This document shows, in pieces, positions 1-12,295 of a stretch of 64,000 nucleotides of DNA. The position numbers and the translations under genes were made by a program. This DNA comes from Eledone cirrhosa (taxonomy: Eukaryota), in the NCBI GenBank assembly GCA_964016885.1, contig OZ024741.1, forward strand, positions 41,292,001-41,356,000, in the 5' to 3' direction. Within the stretch, counting starts at the first letter, position 1; every line of letters begins with the position of its first letter. The notes under the pieces are model-generated. The model had not been told where the DNA came from, made no database searches, and was given only the letters and a program-made list of their open reading frames with translations.

Positions 1-1156
1 CAGTTCTGTATGTACAAGTCATGGTCATCTGACCCATGTTAACATGGAGAAATGGACATAAAACGGTGATGATGATGATGATGACGATATATATATATAT
101 CTCATCATCACCGTTTAACGTCCATTTTCCATGCTTGCATGGGTTAGACGGATTGTCCACACCATGGGACATGTCTGGCCAAACTGGTCCCACCTTAGAC
201 GGAACTGTAAATTTGACCGGGATTTTTACAGCTGGATGCCCTTCCTGACACTAACCACATTTGCAATATATTTTGATATAGAGATGAAATCCTAAACAGT
301 TGTACAACTTTATTCTGATATTTTAAAAGTATTATATATGCTTTGTATATTTTTTGATTTGACATTTCTTAAATGTTTTACTGCAAAGTGAAGCTGCATA
401 GCCTAGTGGTTAAGGTGTTTGATTCATAATCATAAGGTTGTAGGTTCCATTTTCAGATTGTGTGACATTATTCTCTTGAGAAAGGCACTTCATTTCACAC
501 TGTAACACTCCATTCCACTTAAAATGTGTTCCAGTGACGGTGATCTTGTACTTTCAGTTACTTGATGTCCATGAAACAAGAGTAAACATTGAGCTTCAAC
601 ACATACAAAACACGGAGAAATTGAAATAAAATTATAAATCTAACCTTCTAATACCAAACTGACCCCCCCCCCCAAAAAACACTTCTTTTTCTATGAAATA
701 AAACTGTCCAGCTTTTAAGGAACCTATTTAAATTCAAACCATCCGGGATTATTTTATACAAAAACTTTTTGATCTAGTAACAAATATTATCTTAATAATG
801 AAAAAATTAACAATTTTAGTAAATCTCCCAAATTTTATCAATTAATTCAAACACTAACATTATAACTATGGACACGGAAGAGTTAACTCCTATTTTTTAC
901 CTAAATATTTCAATCTAAATGAATACAAAACTAAAGAGCATTTAAGTTAGAACTATATAAGGTGCAGGCATAGCTGCGTGGTTAAGAAGTTTGTTTTGAA
1001 ATCCAACATTTTGATGATCCATTCAGCTGTGCAACAGCTTGGGCAAGTACCTTCTACTATATATAGCCTTGAGCAGACCAATGCCCTATCAGTGAATTTA
1101 GTAGATGGAAACTATATGGAAGCCAGCCATGTGTGTGTGTGCATATATATGTCTAT

Positions 1157-1204
<48 letters not shown>

Positions 1205-1470
1205 GAAAATATAGAAATTAATGTGAGCAAGAAGCCAACAGTATTTCATAATATATAAGTAACTATAACTTGTATATATATATAATAAAGAGAGAGAGGG
1301 AGAGCATGTTGTGCTGAGAGAGGAGAAGCTCTAATCATGGGAGTACTCAATACATGGGGGGGATGCAGAGTGGGTATAGATATATGTAAAATCCTGACTG
1401 CATTGCCAAACGGATTCGGAAGCAATTTCAGCTGAAACCACTTAGCACCATGGTTCGAATTTTACATCAC

Positions 1471-1504
<34 letters not shown>

Positions 1505-2307
1505 AGGTGTTTGTGTTAATTTACTGCATGCAACTTCATATCAACAATGTTTAAAATAAACAGTTACACTTGTTTCTGTCTTACATCAGAAAAATATATA
1601 CAGTCTACAATATAACCATTTGAAGCTTGATCTGTGTGTATATATATATATATATACTTAGAAGAAAATATGGGTTGGTGATGAATATGGGTTTCAGCCC
1701 ACAGAAAAACTACCTCAAAATGTCTCAGTCAACCCATGATAGCATGGAAAAGCAGGTGTAAAAACCAATAATGCTAATGCATAACTAATATGTCATGTGT
1801 TCATGTATTTGTAGACATCTTAAAATGAAGAAAGATTATATATTAAAACACAGGCACACACCGATATTTGTGAGTATTGATTCAACAGAAACGAGCACCT
1901 TTAACATAGTTTTCATTTAGATTCAGAAGGACACAATGTATGACAAGGTTTGGCTCTTTGAGTTATGGGTACAACTCAAACATTATTATGATGTTAGGAT
2001 TTACAAGAATTTGATTTCGAGAATTTGGCTGCTATTTCTAGAAGATCGAGTCATGAGCCATTATATAGATGTACACTTGTTGCTTCTTATCATTTAATTG
2101 CACCTTATTAGCTCACCTGTATGTTCTTAGCTCATTGATCACTGTCCCAAATACATTATCTCCTATATATATCTACATAAACACACTCATGTTTTTACAC
2201 ATATTTCAATGATATATAGTATCATATATATATATAGTGATATGTGTGTCAACATACATATATAATTTCCATTTTAGTATTATTCTAAAACAGACATACT
2301 AATTTAC

Positions 2308-2782
2308 ATATAATTAACATTTGTGTTGGTAAATTAATTAAGGTATATCTTAAGAAGTGTGCTAATAGCCAAAGTGTAGGATGAAGTTATATCTGCATAT
2401 ATACAGAGTGGGTCACTGAGATTGCACCAGTGTATATAACTATACACATATTTAATATATATGCATGTAATTATGCCAGAAATACGAATTTCCCTGTAAA
2501 AAAATGAACACTTTTAATCATATTTCAGACCTAACGGTGTCTCTATCAGGAAGCCTGTATATCATACAAACAACCACAAGGAAACATCTATTTGATGAGA
2601 TTTTTTACAGGGGAATTCATATTTTCTGGTATGTTTACATGTCTAAACATTAAATACGTGTATATTTATATACACACTGGAGCAGTTACCCACTCTGTAT
2701 GTACACAGATACAACTTCATCCCACACTTGCCTGCTAACACATTTTTTAATATATATCTTAATTAATTACCAACATGAATGC

Positions 2783-2790
<8 letters not shown>
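2308..2790. mobile_element. Fold-back element with ~190-200 bp imperfect inverted arms and a hammerhead-like relic in the spacer (Penelope pseudo-LTR-like)
   Basis: 2308-2505 aligns by eye to the reverse complement of ~2600-2790 (TGTTGGTAAATTAATTAAG / CTTAATTAATTACCAACA; TACAGAGTGGGT / ACCCACTCTGTA; CCCTGTAAAAAAAT / ATTTTTTACAGGG). Minus strand of the spacer reads CCTGATAGAGAC-accgttag-GTCTGAAATATG. The right end runs into (TA)n. Confidence 0.7.
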
Positions 2791-2833
<43 letters not shown>

Positions 2834-3165
2834 TCACCATTTACCAGCCATTTTCCATGCTAGCATGGGTATATGTCATCATCGTTTAACGTCCATCTTC
2901 CACACTACCATATATATATATGTATATATATATTATTATGTAATAAACAACATAAGGATCTTAAGATCCAAATTCAATAAACAAACCAGGATTTTTTCAT
3001 TCTGAGGATTGAAAGCAAAACCTTTTGCTTTTAAGAAACCACTGGTAAATGGAATAATTGCCCTATGTTGTTTATTACATAATAATAATTAAGCTCTGTT
3101 GCTTACATAGAGCACTCTTTTTTCCTGGACTTTTCCGACGGAATTACTTCATTTATGTATATATA

Positions 3166-4747
3166 TCATCATCATCATCATCATCATCGTTTAACGTCCG
3201 TGTTCCACGCTTGCATGGGTTTGGACGGGGGTTTTCCCACTTGAGGCAAGAGTGATTGTCTTGCTCGCATAGGACTGTCTGGCAGGTTTTCTACAGTTGG
3301 ATGCCCTTCCTAACACCAACCACATTTACAGTGTGGGTCTGGGAGGTTTTTACCGTGTTGCCTACACGGCCACATTACAGCGTGGACTGTGTGTTTTTTT
3401 GTCGTGACACCTACACGATCTCATTTGTTTCGGCCTGGATGGTGTGGCACCAACATAACTTTACATAGAAGGGGGTGGGGGGGGGGTGTATTTTGTTAGA
3501 GATGCCTACTGACTGTAGTAGGTTTTACTTTGTATTTAGGTAAGGCGGGTCTTCTCTATTACAGAGTACCGCCAAAGGTCTCGGTCCAGTGACATTGTCT
3601 TGGTAAGGTGTAAGTATGTGAGGTTGGAGTTTATCAGCTCGTCGCAGGTTTTTCTGGGTCTGCCTATTCCGTGGCTACCGTCTATCTTTATTGCCCTGCA
3701 CTTTGTTATACAGCTATTGTCCTTCATGCGCATCACGTGACCATACCAACGTAGCCTTCTCTCAAGTAAACAACATCTGATCCCTCTTATTTCTAATTTT
3801 TTCCTTAGTTCGTTTATGCTTTGTCGTTCACGTATATTACTATTACACATCCAGTGGAGCATGCAAGCTTCGTTTCTCTCTAGTCTGCGTATATCCTCTG
3901 CACACAATGCCCAGGTCTCACTGCCATGCAACATTGCTGTTCGTATGCAGGCATCGTACAACCTGCCTTTCATTTTTAGGGAGAACCCTTTAGCGGCTAA
4001 TAGTGGTATAAGCTCTCTGAACTTTTTCCACCCAGTTCTGACTCTAGCTACTGTACTTTCAGAGCACCCTCCCCCACTGCTGATTTTGTCACCCAGGTAA
4101 CGGAAGCTGTCCACTATTTCTATAGAACCCTCTGCGCAGTTGAAAGAGCTAGTATTTTGTGGGCACTTGCTGCTACTTATTGCCCCAGGACACCGGCCAC
4201 ATGTAAAATCTATGTTCTTAGTTAGCTTACCTGTGATCCCACTACATCTTTTATGAACCCAAACTTTGCATTTGGGACACAAAATGGAATTTCTACCTAC
4301 GCCTTTCCTACACTCTGCGCATGGCCACTTCCCGGAGGGGACCGCCGCCTTATTTTCTTTCTTACAAACTAGAACTTTAGTCTTAGCCAGGTTAATTTTA
4401 AGGCCTTTTGATTCTAGGCCGTGCTTCCATGTTTGGAATTTCTTCTCTAGCTCGGCCATTGACTCAGCTATGAGCGTTAGATCATCTGCGTATAGGAGTT
4501 CCCATGGGCAGCTGGTCTTGAACTCCACTGTTATAGCCTGGAGGGCAATAATAAATAGTAAGGGGGCTAAGAACAGAGCCCTGATGAACACCAACTTTTA
4601 CACTAAACTCTTCACTATATTCGTTGTTAATTCTAACCTTGCTGACTGTTTCTTTATACATGGCTTGTATAGCTCTCACAAGCCATTCATCGACACCTAG
4701 TTTTCTAAGAGCCCACCAGATAATGGAACGGGGGACTCTGTCGAAGG
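3166..4747 (-). mobile_element. RTE-clade LINE, family A, 5'-truncated copy with 3' UTR and (ATG)n tail
   Basis: ORF 3536-4594 and overlapping 4482-4679 carry RT motifs GVHQGSVLSP, ELLYADDL, FRYLG, LRWYGHVMR and GRPRKT. There is a frameshift near 4560. The 3' UTR (3190-3535) is shared with the other copies, and an (ATC)n tail lies at ~3166-3189. Confidence 0.92.
3536..4594 (-). pseudogene. Reverse transcriptase C-terminal half of RTE LINE (frameshifted)
   Basis: YADD motif, PHD-like CxxC..CxxCxxxxHxxC..CxxC and RTE C-terminal WYGHVMR/GRPRK motifs. Confidence 0.88.
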
Positions 4748-4786
4748 CCCCCAGTACATTACTGGTGCTTTATTTTATCGACCCCG

Positions 4787-4865
<79 letters not shown>

Positions 4866-4948
4866 GTTTATCCCGAGTTCAATCGGGGGAAACAACAGTA
4901 AGTAAGGTACTCAATAAAAAGCAGAGTATAAATATATATATATATTTA

Positions 4949-4986
<38 letters not shown>

Positions 4987-5339
4987 ATCGCAATGTTACA
5001 TCTATTTTCCATGCTTGCATGGGTCTGACAGGTTGTCATGCTCTGACGTTAGACAGGCAGCTGATATTACATTGTCATGCTCACAAGTATCATTTTGTCA
5101 TGGTTTCTATGGCTGTATACCCTCCCTAATGCCAACCACTTCACTGCATGCACTGAGTCTGTTTTCTTATGGTACCACCACTACTATATACACACATATA
5201 TATATATATTTATACACACACACACACGCATGTGTATATATATATACATCACATACACATATATATTTATATATTAGAAAGTGAGGTTTTTTTTACAAAA
5301 TGAAAAATAACCGAGGTGTCCTACACGAGTGAAAGTATA

Positions 5340-5394
5340 AAGAAAAAAAGATGAAATCGAAAATGCAACATTTTCGATTTCATCTTTTTTTCTT
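5340..5394. repeat. Perfect 26-bp-arm hairpin (fold-back) at the end of a short element between (TA)n tracts
   Basis: AAGAAAAAAAGATGAAATCGAAAATG-caa-CATTTTCGATTTCATCTTTTTTTCTT; a single-arm homologue occurs at ~19117-19150. Confidence 0.8.
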
Positions 5395-5460
5395 CATATT
5401 TATATATACATATATAAATATGTGGGGGGGGTGTATATTTATGTTATTATTATTATTATT

Positions 5461-5775
5461 ATCCCGCTGAGGTTAACTTTTTCTTTCAGCCTTACGGGGT
5501 CGATAAAATAAAGCACGAGTAATGTACTGGGGGCGATTTAATTGACTTCCCCTCCCCCCAAATTACTGGTCTTGTGCCTATACTAGAAATCGTTATTATT
5601 TGTCATCATAGAGTTATGGTTCTTTACGTTCAGAATTAAAATCCCGCTGAAATTAGCTTTGCTTTTCATCCTTACGGGAGTCGCTAAAATAAAATACCAG
5701 TAATGCACTGGCTCAATCTAATCAACTTTCCTCTCTCCCCAAATTACTGGCCTTGTGCCTATAGTAAAAACCATT
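5461..5775 (+). mobile_element. Two adjacent 5'-truncated copies of tRNA-headed SINE family 2 (Deu/Nin-like core)
   Basis: Each has ATCCCGCTGA..TTAACTTT..TTTCATCCTTACGGGGTCGATAAAATAAAGTACCAGTAATG..CTGGCCTTGTGCC, with some mismatches, ending in (TTA)n. Confidence 0.75.
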
Positions 5776-6208
5776 ATTATTATTATTAGCATATATCCAA
5801 ACACACAAACAAATCACCATCATCACAGTAGTATGGATTATATACATATATATATACACACACTCACATATATACACATACACATACGAGGTGAGAAAAG
5901 ATGGAAAGAGACAATACCATGTGTATTCCAGTGAACTAGAATGCATTGCCAATCTATATGGCCACCTCTACAAAGCTTGTAAATCCCAGCAAAGCTATGA
6001 ATAGCAACAAAAAGATTTTGAAAAAAAAATCTCCAGCAAAATTGCTAACTGTTAGTTACAAAATGTCCGCCTCAGAAAATGACATATTTGTTATCTCTCA
6101 ACCTGTGGCCCTAGACAGAACTGTGCAGGAATAAGGAGGTGTAGGTGAGGGGGAGATTTGGTGGCTGACTGTATATATATATATATATTATTTCTCTCTC
6201 TCTCTTTC

Positions 6209-6246
<38 letters not shown>

Positions 6247-6247
6247 A

Positions 6248-6306
<59 letters not shown>

Positions 6307-6393
6307 AACACACACATACGTGTGTGTGTGTGTGTGTGTATATATATGTGTATGTATATATATATATATATATGTATGTACGTATGTGTATAT

Positions 6394-6424
<31 letters not shown>

Positions 6425-6442
6425 GTGTGTATATATATATAT

Positions 6443-6806
6443 GGAGGCACATGGCTTAGTGGTTAGAGCATTGGCCTTGCAATCGAAAGGTTGTGAGTTC
6501 AATTCTCAGACCGGGTGATGTGTTGTTTCCTTGAGCAAGACACTTCATTTCACATTGCTCCAGTTTACTCAGCTGTAGAAATGAGATGATAGGGACAGTG
6601 GAATGATAGGGACTGGGGTCCCTATCATTCCACTGCAAAGTGGTCGTGGAGGTGCCATGGCAAAAAGGCACCCAGCACTCACTGTAAATATAGGTTGGTG
6701 TTAAGAAGGGCATCCAGCTGTAGAAATCAAGCCATAATCAGTTCCCGTCCCACCCTTGCAAGCAGGGAAAAGCGGACGTAAAATGAAATGATCATGATGA
6801 TGATGA
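6443..6806 (+). mobile_element. tRNA-derived SINE family 1 with RTE-LINE-derived tail
   Basis: Pol III A box TGGCTTAGTGG and B box GAGTTCAATTC, CORE-like CCTTGAGCAAGACACTT, 3' part nearly identical to LINE 3' UTR at ~52075-52230, (ATG)n tail, inserted in (TA)n. Confidence 0.88.
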
Positions 6807-6869
6807 TATATATATATGTGTGTGTATATATATATATGCACATATATATGTGTATATATATGTGTGTGC

Positions 6870-6927
<58 letters not shown>

Positions 6928-6942
6928 ATATATATATATATG

Positions 6943-6974
<32 letters not shown>

Positions 6975-7341
6975 TATGTGTATATATATATATATATACA
7001 TACACACAGGCACACATATATTTAATTGTTTGCTGATCAATCTCGTGTGATAGATACAGACGTGTGTATATATGTGTATATATGTGTTAGTGTCCACCTA
7101 CACACCTATTTACATAATAAAAACATAGACTGATTGAGATGTACATAAAATGCAGTCAAGACATGTACACACATCATATCTTTACATATATATGATCATG
7201 TATAGATAATATATACATAATTGCTATAAACCTATATATCAAACAAACTAGACAAAATTGATATTCTTTTATTCTTGAAATGGTTTAAATCATTAGAATC
7301 TGACCATGCTGGCAAACACACACATATACTATATATATATA

Positions 7342-7440
7342 TAGGGTGTCCCCCCAAAATGTATACACACTTTGATGACCTGTGAAGGCAATATCTATTA
7401 GAATGCTGTTGAAATATGTATACATTTTTGGGGGATTGTA
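7342..7440. mobile_element. ~95-bp Tc1/mariner-like MITE relic
   Basis: Left end TAGGGTGTCCCCCCAAAATGTATACA and right end TGTATACATTTTTGGGGGA form inverted termini of the CAGGGTG type in a TA context. Confidence 0.55.
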
Positions 7441-7471
7441 TCTATGTGAATGTGTGTGTATGTATATATAC

Positions 7472-7504
<33 letters not shown>

Positions 7505-7759
7505 CATGTATATATATACATAGATTCACATAGATACAAACATATAAGAAAAGTCAACAAGAAAAAATAACACCAAAGAACAATACAATACACACATGTA
7601 CATACACACACAGTCACACACACAAGTACACACACACACAAGTACACACACACACACAAGTACACACACACACAAGTACACATATCTAACAAAGAAAACA
7701 AACAGTAATAGAAGAGATAAGAAGAACAATGATAAAAACAACAAAGAAAAAAACACATA

Positions 7760-8500
7760 CAACACATACTGACACACACACACATACATAATATGACATA
7801 CCAAAACTAAAACTCACACACATAATATACCACACCAACACACACACACACAAAATATGACATACCAAAACTAACACTCACACACATAATATGCCACACC
7901 AACACACACACACACATACATAATATGACATACCAAAACTAACACTCACACACACAATATACCACACCAACACACACACACACACACACTCACACACACA
8001 CATACATAATATGATGTACCAAAACTAACACTCACACACACAATGTACCACACCAACACACACACACACACTCACACATACATAATATGACATACCAAAA
8101 CTAACACTCACACACATAATATACCACATCAACACAAACACTCACACACATACATAATATGACATACCAAAACTAACACTCACACACATAATATACCATA
8201 CCAGCATACACACACACACATACATAATATGACATACCAAAACTAACACTCACACGCATAATATACCACACCAACACACTCACACATATAATATACCATA
8301 CCAACACACCAACACACACAATATACTATACCAACAGACACACACACACACATAATATACTATACCAACACACACTCACTCACATAATATACCATACCAA
8401 CTACACTCACACACTTGCATACATAATATACCAACACACAATATACCATAGCAACATACACAAACTCACACACAATATAACATACCAACACACACATACA
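7760..8500. repeat. Degenerate ~60-bp CA-rich minisatellite
   Basis: Recurrent ACATAATATGACATACCAAAACTAACACTCACACACATAATATACCACACCAACAC. Confidence 0.85.
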
Positions 8501-8520
8501 CATGCACAAGAATAACCCCC

Positions 8521-10050
8521 ATACATCACAACCAACAACACACACCACACACCACACAAGAATAACCTCCATACATATATACACCACACCCAACACAACA
8601 ACAACCACCACATACATCACAACCAACAACCAACAACACACACCACACAAGAATAACCTCCATACATATATACACCACACCCAACAGAACAACAACCACC
8701 ACATACATCACAACCAACAACCAACAACACACACCACACAAGAATAACCTCCATACATATATACACCACACCCAACAGAACAACAACCACCACATACATC
8801 ACAACCAACAACACACACCACACACCACACAAGAATAACCTCCATACATATATACACCACACCCAACACAACAACAACCACCACATACATCACAACCAAC
8901 AACCAACAACACACACCACACAAGAATAACCTCCATACATATATACACCACACCCAACAGAACAACAACCACCACATACATCACAACCAACAACCAACAA
9001 CACACACCACACAAGAATAACCTCCATACATATATACACCACACCCAACAGAACAACAACCACCACATACATCACAACCAACAACACACACCACACACCA
9101 CACAAGAATAACCTCCATACATATATACACCACACCCAACACAACAACAACCACCACATACATCACAACCAACAACCAACAACACACACCACACAAGAAT
9201 AACCTCCATACATATATACACCACACCCAACAGAACAACAACCACCACATACATCACAACCAACAACACACACCACACACCACACAAGAATAACCTCCAT
9301 ACATATATACACCACACCCAACACAACAACAACCACCACATACATCACAACCAACAACCAACAACACACACCACACAAGAATAACCTCCATACATATATA
9401 CACCACACCCAACAGAACAACAACTACCACATACATCACAACCAACAACACACACCACACACCACACAAGAATAACCTCCATACATATATACACCACACC
9501 CAACACAACAACAACCACCACATACATCACAACCAACAACACACACCACACAAGAATAACCTCCATACATATATACACCACACCCAACAGAACAACAACT
9601 ACCACATACATCACAACCAACAACCAACAACACACACCACACAAGAATAACCTCCATACATATATACACCACACCCAACACAACAACAACCACCACATAC
9701 ATCACCACCAACAACACACACCACACAAGAATAACCTCCATACATATATACACCACACCCAACACAACAACAACCACCACATACATCACCACCAACAACA
9801 CACACCACACAAGAATAACCTCCATACATATATACACCACACCCAACACAACAACAACCACCACATACATCACAACCAACAACCAACAACACACACCACA
9901 CAAGAATAACCTCCATACATATATACACCACACCCAACACAACAACAACCACCACATACATCACAACCAACAACCAACAACACACACCACACAAGAATAA
10001 CCTCCATACATATATACACCACACCCAACACAACAACAACCACATACAAC
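8521..10050. repeat. 91-bp minisatellite (~17 units, some 84-bp variants)
   Basis: Unit ATACATCACAACCAACAAC...CACAAGAATAACCTCCATACATATATACACCACACCCAACA(C/G)AACAACAACCACCAC; the ORF track repeats with a 91-bp period. Confidence 0.95.
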
Positions 10051-10356
10051 TGAGCCACACTACAACACACCATCGACAGACATCCACGCCTACTTTCTCT
10101 AATCTATAAACTATAGTTAAACTAATCTACAGGCTAGATAAACTAGCTGCAATGGAAGAGATATCACCCTATTATGTAAGATAGAATCCCATTAAAATAT
10201 TGCTTTATATTGTAAGTCACAGACGAACATTAAAATGGAAGTGTAGCAGAGAAAATGTCCGTTAAGACGAAAATATCACAATATCTCCACAAGGCAAAAC
10301 AATTACATTACAACCACTTTCATTATATTATTATTATTACTATTATTAGTAGTAGT

Positions 10357-10392
<36 letters not shown>

Positions 10393-10519
10393 CATATATA
10401 TATATATATACATACCTTTACATATACATTCACATACACACAAACATATAAGAAAAGTCAACAAGGAAAAATAACACTACACACACAAGTACACACACAT
10501 GTACACATATCTAACATAG

Positions 10520-10700
10520 CATCGGTAAAGCATCAGAGACCATGCTTTCTAGCACAGAGTTATGGCCCTTTATATTCTGAGTTCAAATCCCACCGGCGTT
10601 AACTTTGTCTTTCATCCTTACGGGATCGATAAAATAAAGTACCAGTAATGCACTGAAGTAATTGCTGGCCTTGTGCCAAAAGTAGAAACATTATTGTTAT
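10520..10700 (+). mobile_element. SINE family 2 (tRNA head plus Deu/Nin-like core)
   Basis: B box GAGTTCAAATCCC, core TTTCATCCTTACGGGATCGATAAAATAAAGTACCAG, tail CTGGCCTTGTGCCAAAAGTAGAAAC. Confidence 0.8.
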
Positions 10701-10910
10701 TATTATTGTTGTTGTTTCTAACATTAGCACAAGGCCAGCAATTAGAGAGACAGTTATATTGACTGCAGTTACTTTATTTCATTGATCCCAGAATGATGAA
10801 AAACAAATTCGACCATAACAGAATTTGAACCAACCGATAACAACTTCGCCTTTCATCCTTTTGTGGCCAATAAAGTACCGGGGTTGATATAATCACATTT
10901 TCTTTCCCTA

Positions 10911-11400
10911 CAAGTTGCTAGTCTTGTGTCTCAATTAGAAATCATAAGATACACTGAAACTCAGAGAGGCAATGACATAGGATAATGAAGAGTTGAGAGA
11001 TGCTGTGCTGAGAAGGACCCGTCCAACCCATGCAAGTTGCTAGTCTTGTGTCTCAATTAGAAATCATAAGATACACTGAAACTAAGAGAGGCAATGACAT
11101 AGGATAATGAAGAGTTGAGAGATGCTGTGCTGAGAAGGACCCGTCCAACCCATGCACGTTGCTAGTCTTGTGTCTCAATTAGAAATCATAAGATACACTG
11201 AAACTCAGAGAGGCAATGACATAGGATAATGAAGAGTTGAGAGATGTTGTGCTGAGAAGGACCCGTCCAACCCATGCAAGTTGCTAGTCTTGTGTCTCAA
11301 TTAGAAATCATAAGATACACTGAAACTCAGAGAGAGATAATGACAAAGGATCACGATGAGTTGAGAGATCCTGTGCTGGGAAGGACCTGTCCAACCCATG
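10911..11400 (+). repeat. 122-bp tandem repeat x4 made of a SINE-2 tail fused to an RTE 3' end
   Basis: Units start at 10911, 11033, 11155 and 11277 (CAAGTTGCTAGTCTTGTGTCTCAATTAGAAATC...GACCCGTCCAACCCATG). Confidence 0.9.
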
Positions 11401-11435
11401 CAAGCATGAAAAACAGACATAAAAACAATGATGAT

Positions 11436-11806
11436 TATCATCATCACCGTTTTACGTCCGTTCTTCCATGCTAGCATGGGTTAGACGGGTTGTCCTGTTG
11501 TGGGCAGTGTCTGGTCGGCTGACCTTCTTTTGCTCATACAGGAACTGATTTTGGCTTGATTTCTACAGCTGGATGCCCTTCCTAACACCAACCTCATTTA
11601 CAGTGAGTGCTGGGTGCTTTTTTCCGTGGCGCCTACACGTCCACTTTACAGTGTGGGCTGGGTGCTCTTTTGCTGTGGCACCTTCACGACCACTTTGCAG
11701 TGGGAGGCATATTGTCTATATGCTTCAGCTTGTACCCATGGGAGGTCGGGTACTCTATATTACTGCGTGACGCTAGAGGTCACGGTCGTGTGTCATCGCC
11801 TTTGAG
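11436..11806 (-). mobile_element. RTE LINE family B, 3' fragment
   Basis: Reverse complement of ~51958-52345 (end of ORF, 3' UTR and (ATG)n tail). Confidence 0.85.
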
Positions 11807-12080
11807 ATGATGATGATGATATTTTAGTTATGGCTTTCTACATTCTAAGTTAAAATATTGCCAAAGTTAATTTTGTCTTTCATCCATCTGGGGATCAATA
11901 AATTAAAGTATCAATTAAGTTAAGATGATTATATTGATTGGTATCAATATAATCATCTTTCTCCTTCCCTCAAATTGCTGGCCTTGTGCCAATGTTAGAA
12001 AGAATTGGAGCTAATTACACCCACTGTATCCTTTAATGTTCCCTTAATGTGAGCCCTGTGGGGCTAATAAAGAAATCATT

Positions 12081-12295
12081 ATTGGCAGTATTGGTAGAGT
12101 ATCAGACACCATTCTTAGTGGCATAGAGTTACGGCCCTTTACGTTGTGAGTTCAAATTCCGCTCATGTTAGCTTTGCCTTTCATCCTTACAGGATCAATA
12201 AAATAAAGTACCAGTAACACACTGGGTAATTTAATTGACTTTCCCTTCCCCCAAATTGTTGGTCTTATGCCTAAATCAGAAACCATGATCATTAC
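12081..12295 (+). mobile_element. SINE family 2
   Basis: A box TGGCAGTATTGG, B box GAGTTCAAATTCC, core GCCTTTCATCCTTACAGGATCAATAAAATAAAGTACCAG. Confidence 0.8.

Noticed and set aside
6443-6515. tRNA gene
   Set aside because: The A and B boxes are followed by SINE body and LINE tail in four near-identical copies; this is a SINE head.
8521-10050. Regular repeat array and stacked 89-aa ORFs, considered as a CRISPR array or repeat protein
   Set aside because: Units abut with no unique spacers, there are no cas genes, the 91-bp period is not a multiple of 3, and the context is eukaryotic.
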